DNA of 64,000 bases from Amphiscolops sp. MND2022 (Eukaryota): the NCBI GenBank assembly GCA_964187785.1, contig OZ076419.1, positions 23,560,001 through 23,624,000 on the forward strand, read 5' to 3'. The notes below the pieces were generated by a model. That model saw only the letters and a program-made list of their open reading frames with translations. It did no database searches and was not told the origin of the DNA. Shown in pieces: positions 36,410 through 47,840 of this stretch. The first letter of the stretch is position 1, and each line of letters begins with the position of its first letter. Made by a program: the position numbers and the translations under genes.

Positions 36410-37085
36410 TTCTATTTTTTGTTGAAGGATATTCGTTTTACCATTCGTCTGAACTCTCAGAGCAAATTGACTGACGTTTTTAGTATACTTCTTACCAAGG
36501 AACAGAATTTCAACTTGTGCCTATTACGCGTTTTTTGTGATTAGACTTCTTTTTAAAACCTTTGTTTGAAACTGTGGAGGCCGATCAAACCAATTAGAGG
36601 CAGTGCCGTGTGTAAGCAAAATACAAGTGGAAATTGTTTTCAGGGCCATGTTAAACACGATTGTGTGTCTATGACTTGCGTTCCAAGTTGAAAAGTGAAA
36701 CGTGAATTCAAAAATGCGAGACGTTTTTCAGGTTGGTATTTGTAGTCCAACTCAATAAAATGTTTAATTGGGCCAGAGATAGCAGCAAAATGAATTCGTG
36801 GCGGCATTTGTTGTCTTTGCATTGCAGATGCAGTTTATGGAGTGTTGCTAAACATCTGAGGAGGAACTGGATTTGGAGGTATACGTGTTGAGTTTACTGG
36901 CTGAGGGAAGTATTCAACATTAGGTTGCACTGAAGCGTATGGAGCATTGTGAGTTGTAGGACAACTTAGTTGATATTGTGGTTGTGGCATATAGTTGTCA
37001 GAAAAATTGGGAGAACTTGTAGTGTTATTGAAAGTGTTTGCCGGCGAACTTCGATAGTTTGGTTGTGTATGTGCTGTTTTTGCTG
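36410..37085 (-). pseudogene. gag: Degenerate gag fragment of a different Gypsy family
   Basis: A Pro/Gln-rich linker is followed by capsid-like PIKHFIELDYKYQPEKRLAFL..TFQLG, GTASNWFDR and AQVEIL..LVKK..NVSQFALRVQ across frameshifts. Recognised by resemblance only. Confidence 0.5.
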
Positions 37086-37488
37086 TAATTTGGTATAAAA
37101 CGAGTATAAAAGTTCGGACCTGCGCCACCTCCTTTCAAAAACGCAGTATAGTCGGATATAAGGTCAAACGTTTGGATATAGCGTTTCTTTCCGAATATTA
37201 CGTAGGGGACTCCAATAAAATCGAAGAGGATCATTTGGAGACATAAAGTTTCGAAAAAAAAGTCTCACAGTGCCGAAAAAAAATTTGAAAGGGGGACCCT
37301 TTGGGATAGCTTAGATGCGTTTCTCAGTTATTCGTTTACTTGAACAAACTGAACAAAATTTTCGTCGCTTCGAGTCTGTCTCAAAAAAACGAGTGGCTAT
37401 AAAAGTCGGGCTCTTTTATATGAAAAAGCGCCGACTAAAACTAAAAAGTGGTAATAATGAAACAGATTCTGGTTGAGTGGTTACAACG

Positions 37489-40182
37489 TGTGTTACAACG
37501 TGGATATGAGTCACAGAATGTTGCGGTGGACCTATTTGAGTAGTCATCAGATGGTTATGAGTAGTTGTATCATTTGGTTGTTGAGTGTGCTAAATGGAGG
37601 TGATAGTAGCGGAGTTTCGAATAATTGAATTGGAGAGAACTTGAAGGTTGGTTAGTGATAGTTGGAAACGGTAAAGTGAAAAAATTGGGATGTGGATTGC
37701 TAATACCGTGTGTATAAATATGAATATGTGATAATCCTCTACCTCAAAGTCCTCCTCAGATATTAATGTTCTATCCAAGTTAGTTTCACTCCTATGAAAT
37801 GGTTTGGCTGGATGTCTAAGGTCTCTCATTTTAGAGGCTTGGAGAGGATAATCTTCGTCTTCTGAATCTATGTTCTCATTATAAGATGCGTGTACTCCAG
37901 TAGACTTGTTAGTTTTGGATCCCAAAGGTTGCATATTTTGTATTTCGTTCATTTCAGACCTTGGGTTTGTCACTGTAGATGCACTTTTGTTTGACTTTAT
38001 CTCTTTCAGAATTGCGTCTAGTTTATTTTCCATTTCTTCTCTCATTTTCGTAATTCTATCGTTGTTTTTCTGTTCGAAATTCTCAGTCCATGCCTGTATT
38101 TCATTGCTCAACTGGCTGGGTTCTATTAACTGAGATCTAAGTTCAAAATTATCTAAATCTCCTTGAATATTAGAATCAACATTAACTAAAGTATCATTAC
38201 CTTGAGGTGGTGTTTCTACTTGTACTTCAGTGAGTATTCTTTCGGGGGAAGGAGTTCCTAATCTGCTGGACCTTCTATTTCTTTTATTTCCCATCTGTCT
38301 CATTGTATTTGGTTGTTGGGGAAGAATTTGAATTTATTCAAGAGAATTATCCAAAGACAATTCAAGAAACGAAGCAAATGTTGATCATAACCGCTTTTAC
38401 AAAGATTGGGTTGAAATTTAAGCAACTGGTAGGTTGGGGGTTTCACATCACGAATGAATTGTCCTTTTAGTTTCACCCCACTCCTCAAGAAATATAAAGA
38501 ATGACAAGCATTTTTACTGATATCATTGACTAAAAGACTAAAAATAGGATAGCGTCAGAATTCCATCATTCTATTTATAATCATCAAGCAATGACATCAG
38601 GACGTCCTGGATATAATCAAGGGGCTCAAATGGTTCCTGGGGAAGCAATTCTGAACGATGTATGAAACGTTATTTATCAATATATAGATGATACATGACT
38701 GCAGAACATTCAAAAGATTATTGACAAAACCGCACAACTGAGTATATACGTTTTACCATGCTCCGCATAATAACGCGTAGCATTGTTTAGGAAAACGCAT
38801 AATTGCGTATATGCGTTAATGCTCAAAACGTACAGTGTGTTACAACGTGGATATGAGCCACAGAATGTTGCGGTGGACCTATTTGAGTAGTCATCAGATG
38901 GTTATGAGTAGTTGTATCATTTGGTTGTTGAGTGTGCTAAATGGAGGTGATAGTAGCGGAGTTTCGAATAATTGAATTGGAGAGAACTTGAAGGTTGGTT
39001 AGTGATAGTTGGAAACGGTAAAGTGAAAAAATTGGGATGTGGATTGCTAATACCGTGTGTATAAATATGAATATGTGATAATCCTCTACCTCAAAGTCCT
39101 CCTCAGATATTAATGTTCTATCCAAGTTAGTTTCACTCCTATGAAATGGTTTGGCTGGATGTCTAAGGTCTCTCATTTTAGAGGCTTGGAGAGGATAATC
39201 TTCGTCTTCTGAATCTATGTTCTCATTATAAGATGCGTGTACTCCAGTAGACTTGTTAGTTTTGGATCCCAAAGGTTGCATATTTTGTATTTCGTTCATT
39301 TCAGACCTTGGGTTTGTCACTGTAGATGCACTTTTGTTTGACTTTATCTCTTTCAGAATTGCGTCTAGTTTATTTTCCATTTCTTCTCTCATTTTCGTAA
39401 TTCTATCGTTGTTTTTCTGTTCGAAATTCTCAGTCCATGCCTGTATTTCATTGCTCAACTGGCTGGGTTCTATTAACTGAGATCTAAGTTCAAAATTATC
39501 TAAATCTCCTTGAATATTAGAATCAACATTAACTAAAGTATCATTACCTTGAGGTGGTGTTTCTACTTGTACTTCAGTGAGTATTCTTTCGGGGGAAGGA
39601 GTTCCTAATCTGCTGGACCTTCTATTTCTTTTATTTCCCATCTGTCTCATTGTATTTGGTTGTTGGGGAAGAATTTGAATTTATTCAAGAGAATTATCCA
39701 AAGACAATTCAAGAAACGAAGCAAATGTTGATCATAACCGCTTTTACAAAGATTGGGTTGAAATTTAAGCAACTGGTAGGTTGGGGGTTTCACATCACGA
39801 ATGAATTGTCCTTTTAGTTTCACCCCACTCCTCAAGAAATATAAAGAATGACAAGCATTTTTACTGATATCATTGACTAAAAGACTAAAAATAGGATAGC
39901 GTCAGAATTCCATCATTCTATTTATAATCATCAAGCAATGACATCAGGACGTCCTGGATATAATCAAGGGGCTCAAATGGTTCCTGGGGAAGCAATTCTG
40001 AACGATGTATGAAACGTTATTTATCAATATATAGATGATACATGACTGCAGAACATTCAAAAGATTATTGACAAAACCGCACAACTGAGTATATACGTTT
40101 TACCATGCTCCGCATAATAACGCGTAGCATTGTTTAGGAAAACGCATAATTGCGTATATGCGTTAATGCTCAAAACGTACAG
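37489..40182. repeat. 1347-bp tandem duplication spanning 238 bp of flank plus about 1109 bp of the 3' LTR
   Basis: The ORF pairs 37590/38937, 37906/39253 and 38300/39647 have identical translations and are offset by exactly 1347 bp. The junction at about 38835 has GTG microhomology. Confidence 0.95.
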
Positions 40183-40722
40183 TGACGTATAATCATATTA
40201 ACAAAATGTATGTTACCGCATAAGCGGATTATCTCAAAACGCATGTTGACGTATAGTTGAAAAACGCATGATACCGCATATGCATAACACCAGTTTACGC
40301 ATAATAACGTATACTTCAAATTCATTTTATGCTTTATTGCGTATACTCGTCACATCTTTTTACGTATAGTGACGTATTTTAGCAGTTGAAAAACGTCCAT
40401 TGACGCTTATTCATAGTTCTAATATCAGTATGATCACGAATAATGAAAACCAAAAATCGCGGATTAATCATGCTTATGTAATTTTCATCATATATTGCAT
40501 TTATGAATGGATTTGAAACAATCAGGGCAGTTCAAAAGGACTTAGGAAAAATTTCCAAAATGGAAAAACATCAATAAAGATAAACAAAGAGCTTACATAA
40601 CAGTACAAAAATATCGTTAAAACAAGTTTTGATGAAGTTTAAAATGTTTCTACATTGGGTTTCGTCAGGTGTTCTTTTTTACTGTTGCCCTACGGACCCA
40701 TCGCATCTCGAGGGATGCGACA
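39074..40722 (-). repeat. 3' LTR (1649 bp)
   Basis: Direct repeat of 53836-55472. It differs by a 20-bp insertion, an 8-bp deletion and scattered substitutions. Confidence 0.95.
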
Positions 40723-41707
40723 GTCTCGCATTTTTGAAAAGGAACAGCGCTGCCTCGAAACCATGGATGAATGCCCTGGATCGGATTGCCCTTTCCTTGA
40801 CCGTTTCACCCTCGTATTCCGTTGCAACCAAATACTCACCTAATGTCTCGAAAGCGATTTGGTCGTAACATTTTCCACAAATGTCACAGTAGCCAGCAAC
40901 ATTAGCCATTACTGAGGGTAAAGGCCTGATACTTTGTCTTTCATGCGCTGGTATGAGTATGAGGTTGGTACTGTGTGTGACGCTGAAGGGAAACCCTAGT
41001 TGTACTGCTGGCTGCGCTGGTTGTGGTACTTGAGGAGTTCCGTGAGAAGTCCAGCTCAGAGTGAGGGGAAATAGCATCGGTGACAAATTGAACCCTGAGG
41101 CGAGTCCAGGTACATTCTGCTGTAACTGATTAGGGTCATTCCAGACTCCTTGTTCCATCGGCTCATTCGCTTGTAGCTGCTGAAACTTTGTTAACTCGGG
41201 TCTGTGATTGGGCGGGTACATCGGCGTTGGCCGAGTTAGTATTCCTCTATCAATGGAACTTGTTCTTGGAGTTGGGGGAATCCTGGCTGTGGGGCGACCG
41301 TAACTGTTCGTCCTTGCGTCAGATTCATTTCCTATTGTCCATGGGAATAGATTTCCCTCTTCAAACTCGCTATCTATGAATGAAGTTGGGGAATTTTCTT
41401 GTTCCTGCTGAAGGTCTCCAATTAGCCCCATGAGATCTTTTTCCAATTGAGTTCCCAAGGCCACTGACACAGCATCATGTTCTAGAGTAGTATTCGTATT
41501 GGGGAACAGAGATGCCGTTGCTGCCCCCACGAAGGCAGACATCAAGCTACTTCCTGCTGGGTTTATCCTGAATCTCTCTTCTAGTTGGACGCGATCACCA
41601 GGTTGGATGGAAAAAGCGTCTTCGGATCCGCTTGATAAGTCCACCACATCAGGCGATATAGGAGAATACAGGCTATCTTCATCGATATTGAACTGGAGTT
41701 TGTCCAT
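40679..41707 (-). CDS. Accessory sense-strand ORF of unknown function (342 aa), with its stop codon inside the 3' LTR
   Basis: Uninterrupted ATG-to-TAA ORF with an acidic, S/P/Q-rich N-terminal two-thirds, a CDICGKC motif and a helical-looking C-terminus. No signal peptide or transmembrane segment. The last 14 codons lie in U3. Confidence 0.75.
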   Translation of the reverse strand: MDKLQFNIDEDSLYSPISPDVVDLSSGSEDAFSIQPGDRVQLEERFRINPAGSSLMSAFVGAATASLFPNTNTTLEHDAVSVALGTQLEKDLMGLIGDLQQEQENSPTSFIDSEFEEGNLFPWTIGNESDARTNSYGRPTARIPPTPRTSSIDRGILTRPTPMYPPNHRPELTKFQQLQANEPMEQGVWNDPNQLQQNVPGLASGFNLSPMLFPLTLSWTSHGTPQVPQPAQPAVQLGFPFSVTHSTNLILIPAHERQSIRPLPSVMANVAGYCDICGKCYDQIAFETLGEYLVATEYEGETVKERAIRSRAFIHGFEAALFLFKNARLSHPSRCDGSVGQQ

Positions 41708-42496
41708 TTTTTCACAATCACGGAGATTTATTTTAAGTTATGGGGTGTTTAGAAGTTTCAAGAGCGACTGAATTGCAAGTTTATGAAGACCATATGGTGA
41801 TGTTTCTTTCAGTCTTTTCCGTCTTTTGGAAAATTCCGCGGAAAAATTGGGTGTCATGCTTTCAGGGTTTAACAGTTTCCTTATAAGGGGGGTCATATGA
41901 TGCAGTCTGTTTAATTCATCAAAAACATTTTGATTCCCTTCGAAGGGGAATAAGCAAATCTTCACTTTAAGTGTTGTTATTTTCTTTTAAGGGAAGCCGC
42001 CATTTGACTCGAGCTCCTCGAAGGCGTTCGATTATTTCAATAGCACATAAACAAAATTATATCAGACTTAAAGGAGTTACATGACTCATAGTTAATATCA
42101 TTGATGAAGAAAATGAATGGGAAAAGATAATTATCCAAATTTTCATGACTTGACGTCTAATAATCTTAGAAAGGTCTTTATTCAAAGTTTGATCTTGTTT
42201 TTTGTGAAACTCAAAACATGCATTGACGTTGTTTTCATTTTAGTCCCTGTTAATTGATAAGTACGCATAGAATATGAAATGCAAAAGAGCATCGTTCCAA
42301 GTCTTGGCTTTCTATAGTAATATATTGTATAAATGTTCTTCGTCATGTTTATCAGTTATTGCATACGGTAGCTGGTTTTCACATCGTATTACGTAATCAC
42401 ATGCAATTCCCCAGCCGCTGCTATGCCACTGTCTTTGTAGGTCCGCATATTCTTGTGGATGCATGGATGGTGATTCCGTGTAGTGTCGTATGGCAT

Positions 42497-42676
42497 ATCT
42501 GCAACTCCGCATATTGCCGCTTATGCGTTTATAGTAGTTCCGCATAATACCGCATAGGTATATCAGCAATTCCGCATACTGCCGCATATGCGTTTATAGT
42601 AGTTCCGCATAATACCGCATAGGTATATCAGCAATTCCGCATACTGCCGCATATGCGTTTTTAGTAGTTCTGCATA
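42497..42676. repeat. Tandem array with a 65-bp unit (about 2.7 copies, 4 CCGCAT per unit) in the divergent spacer
   Basis: ATAGTAGTTC at 42531 and 42596, and the variant TTAGTAGTTC at 42661. Confidence 0.9.
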
Positions 42677-43097
42677 ACGCATTATATACTTTGGCATAAG
42701 ATTATATCTAATCTTCTGATGCTTGCCGGTTTCTCACTGTACAAAGTGACATTTTGCAAATGCCAATTACGTAATCAATCATACTGGCAGAGATGATTGA
42801 CACTTTGATTGACCAATCACATTAAAGTATTCTTTCAGCCCTTATCTCATCGTGCAAAACATTTGCTTTTTTGCCTTTTCTGAATACGCCACGCCTTTGT
42901 TGTATGTTGATCAACTTTAAAAATTCTCAATTTGTATTGTCATTTTCGTTAGATATATTTCATTGAAGTCAATTAGTCAGTTTATATTGTCTCACCAATT
43001 CTTCCTCTGGTTATCTACCCGTTTAAGTTCAGTGTCTAGTTTTCTGATTTCTCCACAACAATTGTCCATTCGTCTTTTGTATTCCTTACTCCCCATT

Positions 43098-46000
43098 ATG
43101 GATCAGCAAAGAAGGTCTCGATATCAATTTACTTCGCGACGGCAATCTTCATTCTGGGATAGCGATTCTCCTCCTGGCATCATTTCCAGTGAGTTCAACT
43201 TTCAGATTTTGTTTGAATTGTTTTCGATTTGATTGTCTTTCTGATCAGAAATTTAGATTGCATAGCTGGCCAGGCTAGCAAAACATGATTCAAAATTTTT
43301 GTTTCAATTCGAATTTTAGAGCTTTCGCACTCGATCTGTTTCTAAACGGAAGTCGCTCTGAAACAATTTCTACAGTATATCCGGTTTCATCCCTTTCTCG
43401 AACTTCCGATTACCAATTTGAACTTCCGTTTTTACACTTCAGTTGTTCGTTTGTTTCAGCTGAACCTGAGTCTCCTCAGAAAACACCGGAACAGTCACCA
43501 GAAAAGGTTTATACCCCTTTACGAGTCGCGTCGCCTACTCAGTTTCCACATTCTGGTACCCAATCGGCTGACATCTCTCCCGCAGCGTTAACAATCTGTG
43601 ATTCTGGAGCCGAAACTGAGAAGCTTCCAAATTGCGACGTTGTCTTGCCACTTCAAAGTACTTCCGCAATCATGATTGGTCAATCTCCCAGTAAAGCTGT
43701 CCATGCTGAACCGGATATTGAACCAAAGTCGCGGGTTGCCCAGGGTGAGTCTTTGTCACCTCGATTTTCCTCATTCCTAACCCGTGGAACCACGTTTGGG
43801 AGCTTGATTGGGAAAACCCAAATGGTCAATCCAGTCGACCCACCAGCCCCCCGCGAGGAGGGCAAAGTTAGGAAAGACCCGGCTCTTGTAGAGCAGGTAA
43901 TTTCCACGGCAGAAGGAGGTAGTCATCACGTCACTGTGACGAAACAGGAAATACTTGCCCTTACAAATGTTTTGAACAGGATCCCCCGTTCGTTTCTGAC
44001 AGGTGAAGGTACCTCTGGGGAACATGTTTCGCTAAATGTTGTCAACGACCCCCCAATTTCTCCAACTCGGCCTCTAGCAGGATCAAGTCGCGACACTGTT
44101 ACCACTAGTACTGGAGAGGAAACTAGATTGTGTTCTAGCGGGGAAGAAGTAGTTGTGCCTACCGGTAAACGTCAAAGACCCAAGTATTCCTTGAAGACAT
44201 CTATGTTACGAAAACATCCTGTTCTCCAATTTTCGGCAACTGGACCTATTGACCGTGAAAGGTCTCCATACAAATGGTGGTGCCGTGTCTGTCGCGTGGA
44301 GCTTTCGCTAATGAGCAGGGGCGTCTTAGAACTTTTGTCCCACTACCGAACGGAAGGCCACTTGGTGAGGGAACACCGCATACGGCTTGAAACACCTGGT
44401 GCCCCTCTATTTGATCAACATGAAAGCGAATTATTGGGAATTGCACTCCAAGAGGCTAAAAGGATAGCGAAGGAAATGTACCCAATTTCTCCTCAACTCG
44501 ATTCCTGCAAGCTGTTAGTTGGCCAAAAAAGATTACTTGACCTCACTTCAACCACTAGCCCCAGTGAGAGCATCATCGCTCAGATTAGCGTTCTTGAGCA
44601 TGGACTTCGCAATGGCGGTCACATCGATTGTTTCATTGGGATTTGGAACGAAATGGCGACCCACACATTGGGAACTTCAGAAGCCAGGAATTTTAGTTGG
44701 AATCACCCTCGTTTATTCGTAAGTGTTGTTTTTTCTTTTCATCACTGCGTAGGGTACTCACTGATTCCCCCTTTTAATCTATTTAGGCTATGGTGATCTA
44801 TATGTTCAGAGAGTTGCTGAATTACTGTGTTACTTCCATCTCGGTGTCCGGCTCCTATTCTTTATCAGTTCAGTACACTTCCACTCACAATTATGTGTAT
44901 GTGAATTTTTGGTCAGGAAGTGTATACTATCAGATATGTCTTGGCTCGGGGCCCAGAGGACTCTTAATCCCGAAGAAAATTCTCACAGTCATTTCTTCAT
45001 TCGTCACTTTGTTCGAGTCTGTTCCGTCTTGTATTAGTTAATTGATTGCAGTGCTAGACTAGAAGCTTGTTTGTTGTCGTCGCTCCCAGGACAAAAACTT
45101 CTCAGTGCTCTATGTAGTTTTGGCCCTACTGAATTCGAGAGGTGTTTGTCAGTCCCAACTTCCAAGATCCTTGAACGTCACGACTTCCGTACAATTCTCG
45201 ACTTTTTACTCATGAAACTGCGTACGGCCTTGGATAGAGACTGGGTTCATTTCTCCCTGTGCTTCACAAAGTAGTTCTACTCTTTTCTTTTTCTCAAGTT
45301 ATATTCTTGACCACAGATTCACTTTCAGTTTTGTTTAGAGTGTACTTAGTCTCGAATACTCTCTGCAGGAAGCTTCCAACCTAATCGAAATTCTGTCCAC
45401 TCATTGGGACAAAGTTATTGACCATTTAGACAAGATGTCACGATTGCCAGTTTTCCGCTTCCACATGCGAGAGGTAATTTCTTTTTTGCTTTTATAGTCA
45501 AAACACATATATGTATACATATGTATTCACTTATGTTAGATTGTTCTTCATATTTACACAGTTTCTTCATTCTAGCCCAGTCCACTGGACGAGTGTTTCC
45601 GGCTCGATACAGCTTATCTGGCGAGACTATTCGTAATCTGATGTGTAATCGACCATTGTTAGTAATCTGTTTCTTTTTGGAAAATTTTCCTTTTAATGTA
45701 CCGATGTGTTTCTTTTCAATTAAGGCCCAATATCACAATAGAACCTTAAAGTGGATTAGAACAAATCTTTTTCGTAATTTCCGACCTTTTACACGTGCTT
45801 CATATGTGAATTTCGAACTCAGATTGAATTTCACGCGTATAGAGGCAAAATCATAATTTCCGCATAATTGTGCATAAGCGTCGTCCCTCATTCCGCATGG
45901 TGACGCATAGTTGAATTTCCAATTCCGCATGGTTACGCATATACGTCACACCTCATTCCGCATGGTGACGTATAGTTGAATTTCCAATTCCGCATGATTA

Positions 46001-47668
46001 CGCATATGCATCATACCTCATTCCGCATGATGGCGTATAGTTGGATTTCCAATTCCGCATGATTTTGCATATGCATCATACCTCATTCCGCATGATGACG
46101 TGTAGTTGGATTACAGGACTCGTACAGTAATGTACAGGCGTGCTCTTGATATACGGTGACGTACAGTTTGAGACTAGTTCCCGCATAAAGACGCATATAC
46201 ACCGTACTGCCTTCCGCATAATGGTGTATACCCTGAAATTGGTTTCCGCATAGTGACGCATGTACACAACACTGCTTTCCGCATAATGGTGTATAGTATG
46301 AAATTGATTTCCGCATAGTGACGTATATACACTATTCTGACTTCCGCATAAGGGTGTATAATTGATTATACAATTTTGCATAATATCGTATGATCAGGTT
46401 CCCAATTCCGTATAAGTCCGTCTAATGAATATTAGACACGTGTTTTACCACAATGTGGTGCGTTTAAACATTCTTGGCTTTAAGTGTGAGTCATGTTGTG
46501 GTAACTTTTTAATCAATGGATCTTAGAATGGTAGAAGATCTGTTTGTATTGTACTTATTAATCTTTCTTGTGTTTAAGATTGCTCCGTGTTCTCTGAAGT
46601 GAGACAACAGTTTGGGAATGGGAATGTACAATCAGTTTGCGGTGTTTGTATATTCCCAACTCCAAAGTATTTTGCCCGATAACCTTCTGGGGGACATTTC
46701 GGATTGGGACAAATACCTAACACTGGATCTGAAGCGGACAGATCTTCCATTTAAAACACCCGAAGAGTTTATCCTCAACAGTGATTTCCACCAATTGGTA
46801 TTATCCAGCAAGTTGCCTCGGCCAGGAAAATTTGTCGAACAATCAATCGCCTTTTACAAAACCTTTTGTGGGATATTGTTGTCACACAAAATCGTTACAT
46901 CAGGCTTGATTCGCGGATTATCTTGTTTTGAAAGTCATTTTGGAAGCTACTGAAGAAAATTACATTTCCTGTATTGAACTGCTGACTACCCATTTTGTAG
47001 AGAAAGGGTGGATTTCTTCAAGTGAGAAAACAACAAGTGTGAGCCAGTACCGATCCCTTGTGGCTAATTTTCGATCGAGTGAAGTCACCGCTACAGAAGA
47101 TTGGTTTCACTTTTTATCTTCGCATTATGAGCTACAGAATCGGAATGAATTACACCGACTGTTCAAACTCGCTAGTCTTTGTTTGCCGCCTTTGGTCAAG
47201 ATACCAGTTCCCTTTGTTATCCCCATATCTGAGCTAGAAGGAGACGAGGAGGCGTTCAAGTCTCACATAAGTAGTGTGCAAATGTCTTACAGTTCTGTGC
47301 CAAATGTTTCAAGTTTGTATAGAGATCCCTGATCCATCAATCGTGTCTTCCGCTTACTGGGGAGAAGAACGAATTTGTTGTTGGACCGAAGATTCTCGGC
47401 TTGGAATTTCCTTAAAGGAAGTATCTCAAGGAGACAGTCTTTGCAGGTAAAGATGTAGACCGCCTACAAGAGTGCTGTTATTTCTGCTGATGACTTTTGT
47501 TACCCCAAGGACACCGAGTCTGCTGGAGGGAGTCGGTCGAGCAGTACCAGTTCTTGATCTCATGGGCCGCCTCTCAACAAAGCTACTCTGAGTGTACCAA
47601 GGTGTAGTGGTACTGCAGCAGTTCAGGAAGATCCAAAATCGAAAGGGAAGAAGAGCAAGAAAAACTAG
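43098..47668 (+). pseudogene. Antisense intron-containing zinc-finger, hAT-transposase-like gene or genes carried inside the retrotransposon; damaged in this copy
   Basis: Predicted exons 43098-43188, 43460-44718, 44787-about 45290, about 45340-45473, 45562-about 45631 and about 46600-47668. GT..AG introns 43189-43459, 44719-44786 and 45474-45561 keep the frame. Contains CRVC-x16-H-x5-H and a basic C-terminus KSKGKKSKKN. There are in-frame stops or frameshifts at about 45040, 46930, 47330, 47460 and 47555. Confidence 0.72.
45855..46410. repeat. Two adjacent TTCCGCAT-motif arrays, each with a 65-bp period
   Basis: CCTCATTCCGCAT at 45886, 45951, 46016 and 46081. TTCCGCATAA at 46212, 46277 and 46342. 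A second motif copy lies about half-way through each unit. Confidence 0.9.
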
Positions 47669-47840
47669 AAGGAGATCGATTCTTGCTCCTTGTTAACTTT
47701 TGTATTGTTGTTGAACTATTTGCTCATTTGTATTGTGTTTGTGCTTGCTTATTATCTGTTATAGTTGAAAAAAGCGAAAGAGACCAAGAAGAGAAAAGGT
47801 GAAAGTTTGAGAAAAGATAGTATTTCAATCTTTTCCGTTT

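Noticed and set aside
37590-39650. Two independent 237-aa host genes
   Set aside because: They are the LTR-encoded gag N-terminus reading into flank DNA, duplicated by the 1347-bp tandem repeat.
40679-41707. env gene at the third-ORF position
   Set aside because: No signal peptide, furin site or transmembrane segment; the composition is acidic and disordered.
42497-46410. CRISPR-like arrays
   Set aside because: The units are contiguous degenerate tandem repeats without unique spacers, there are no cas genes, and the context is eukaryotic.
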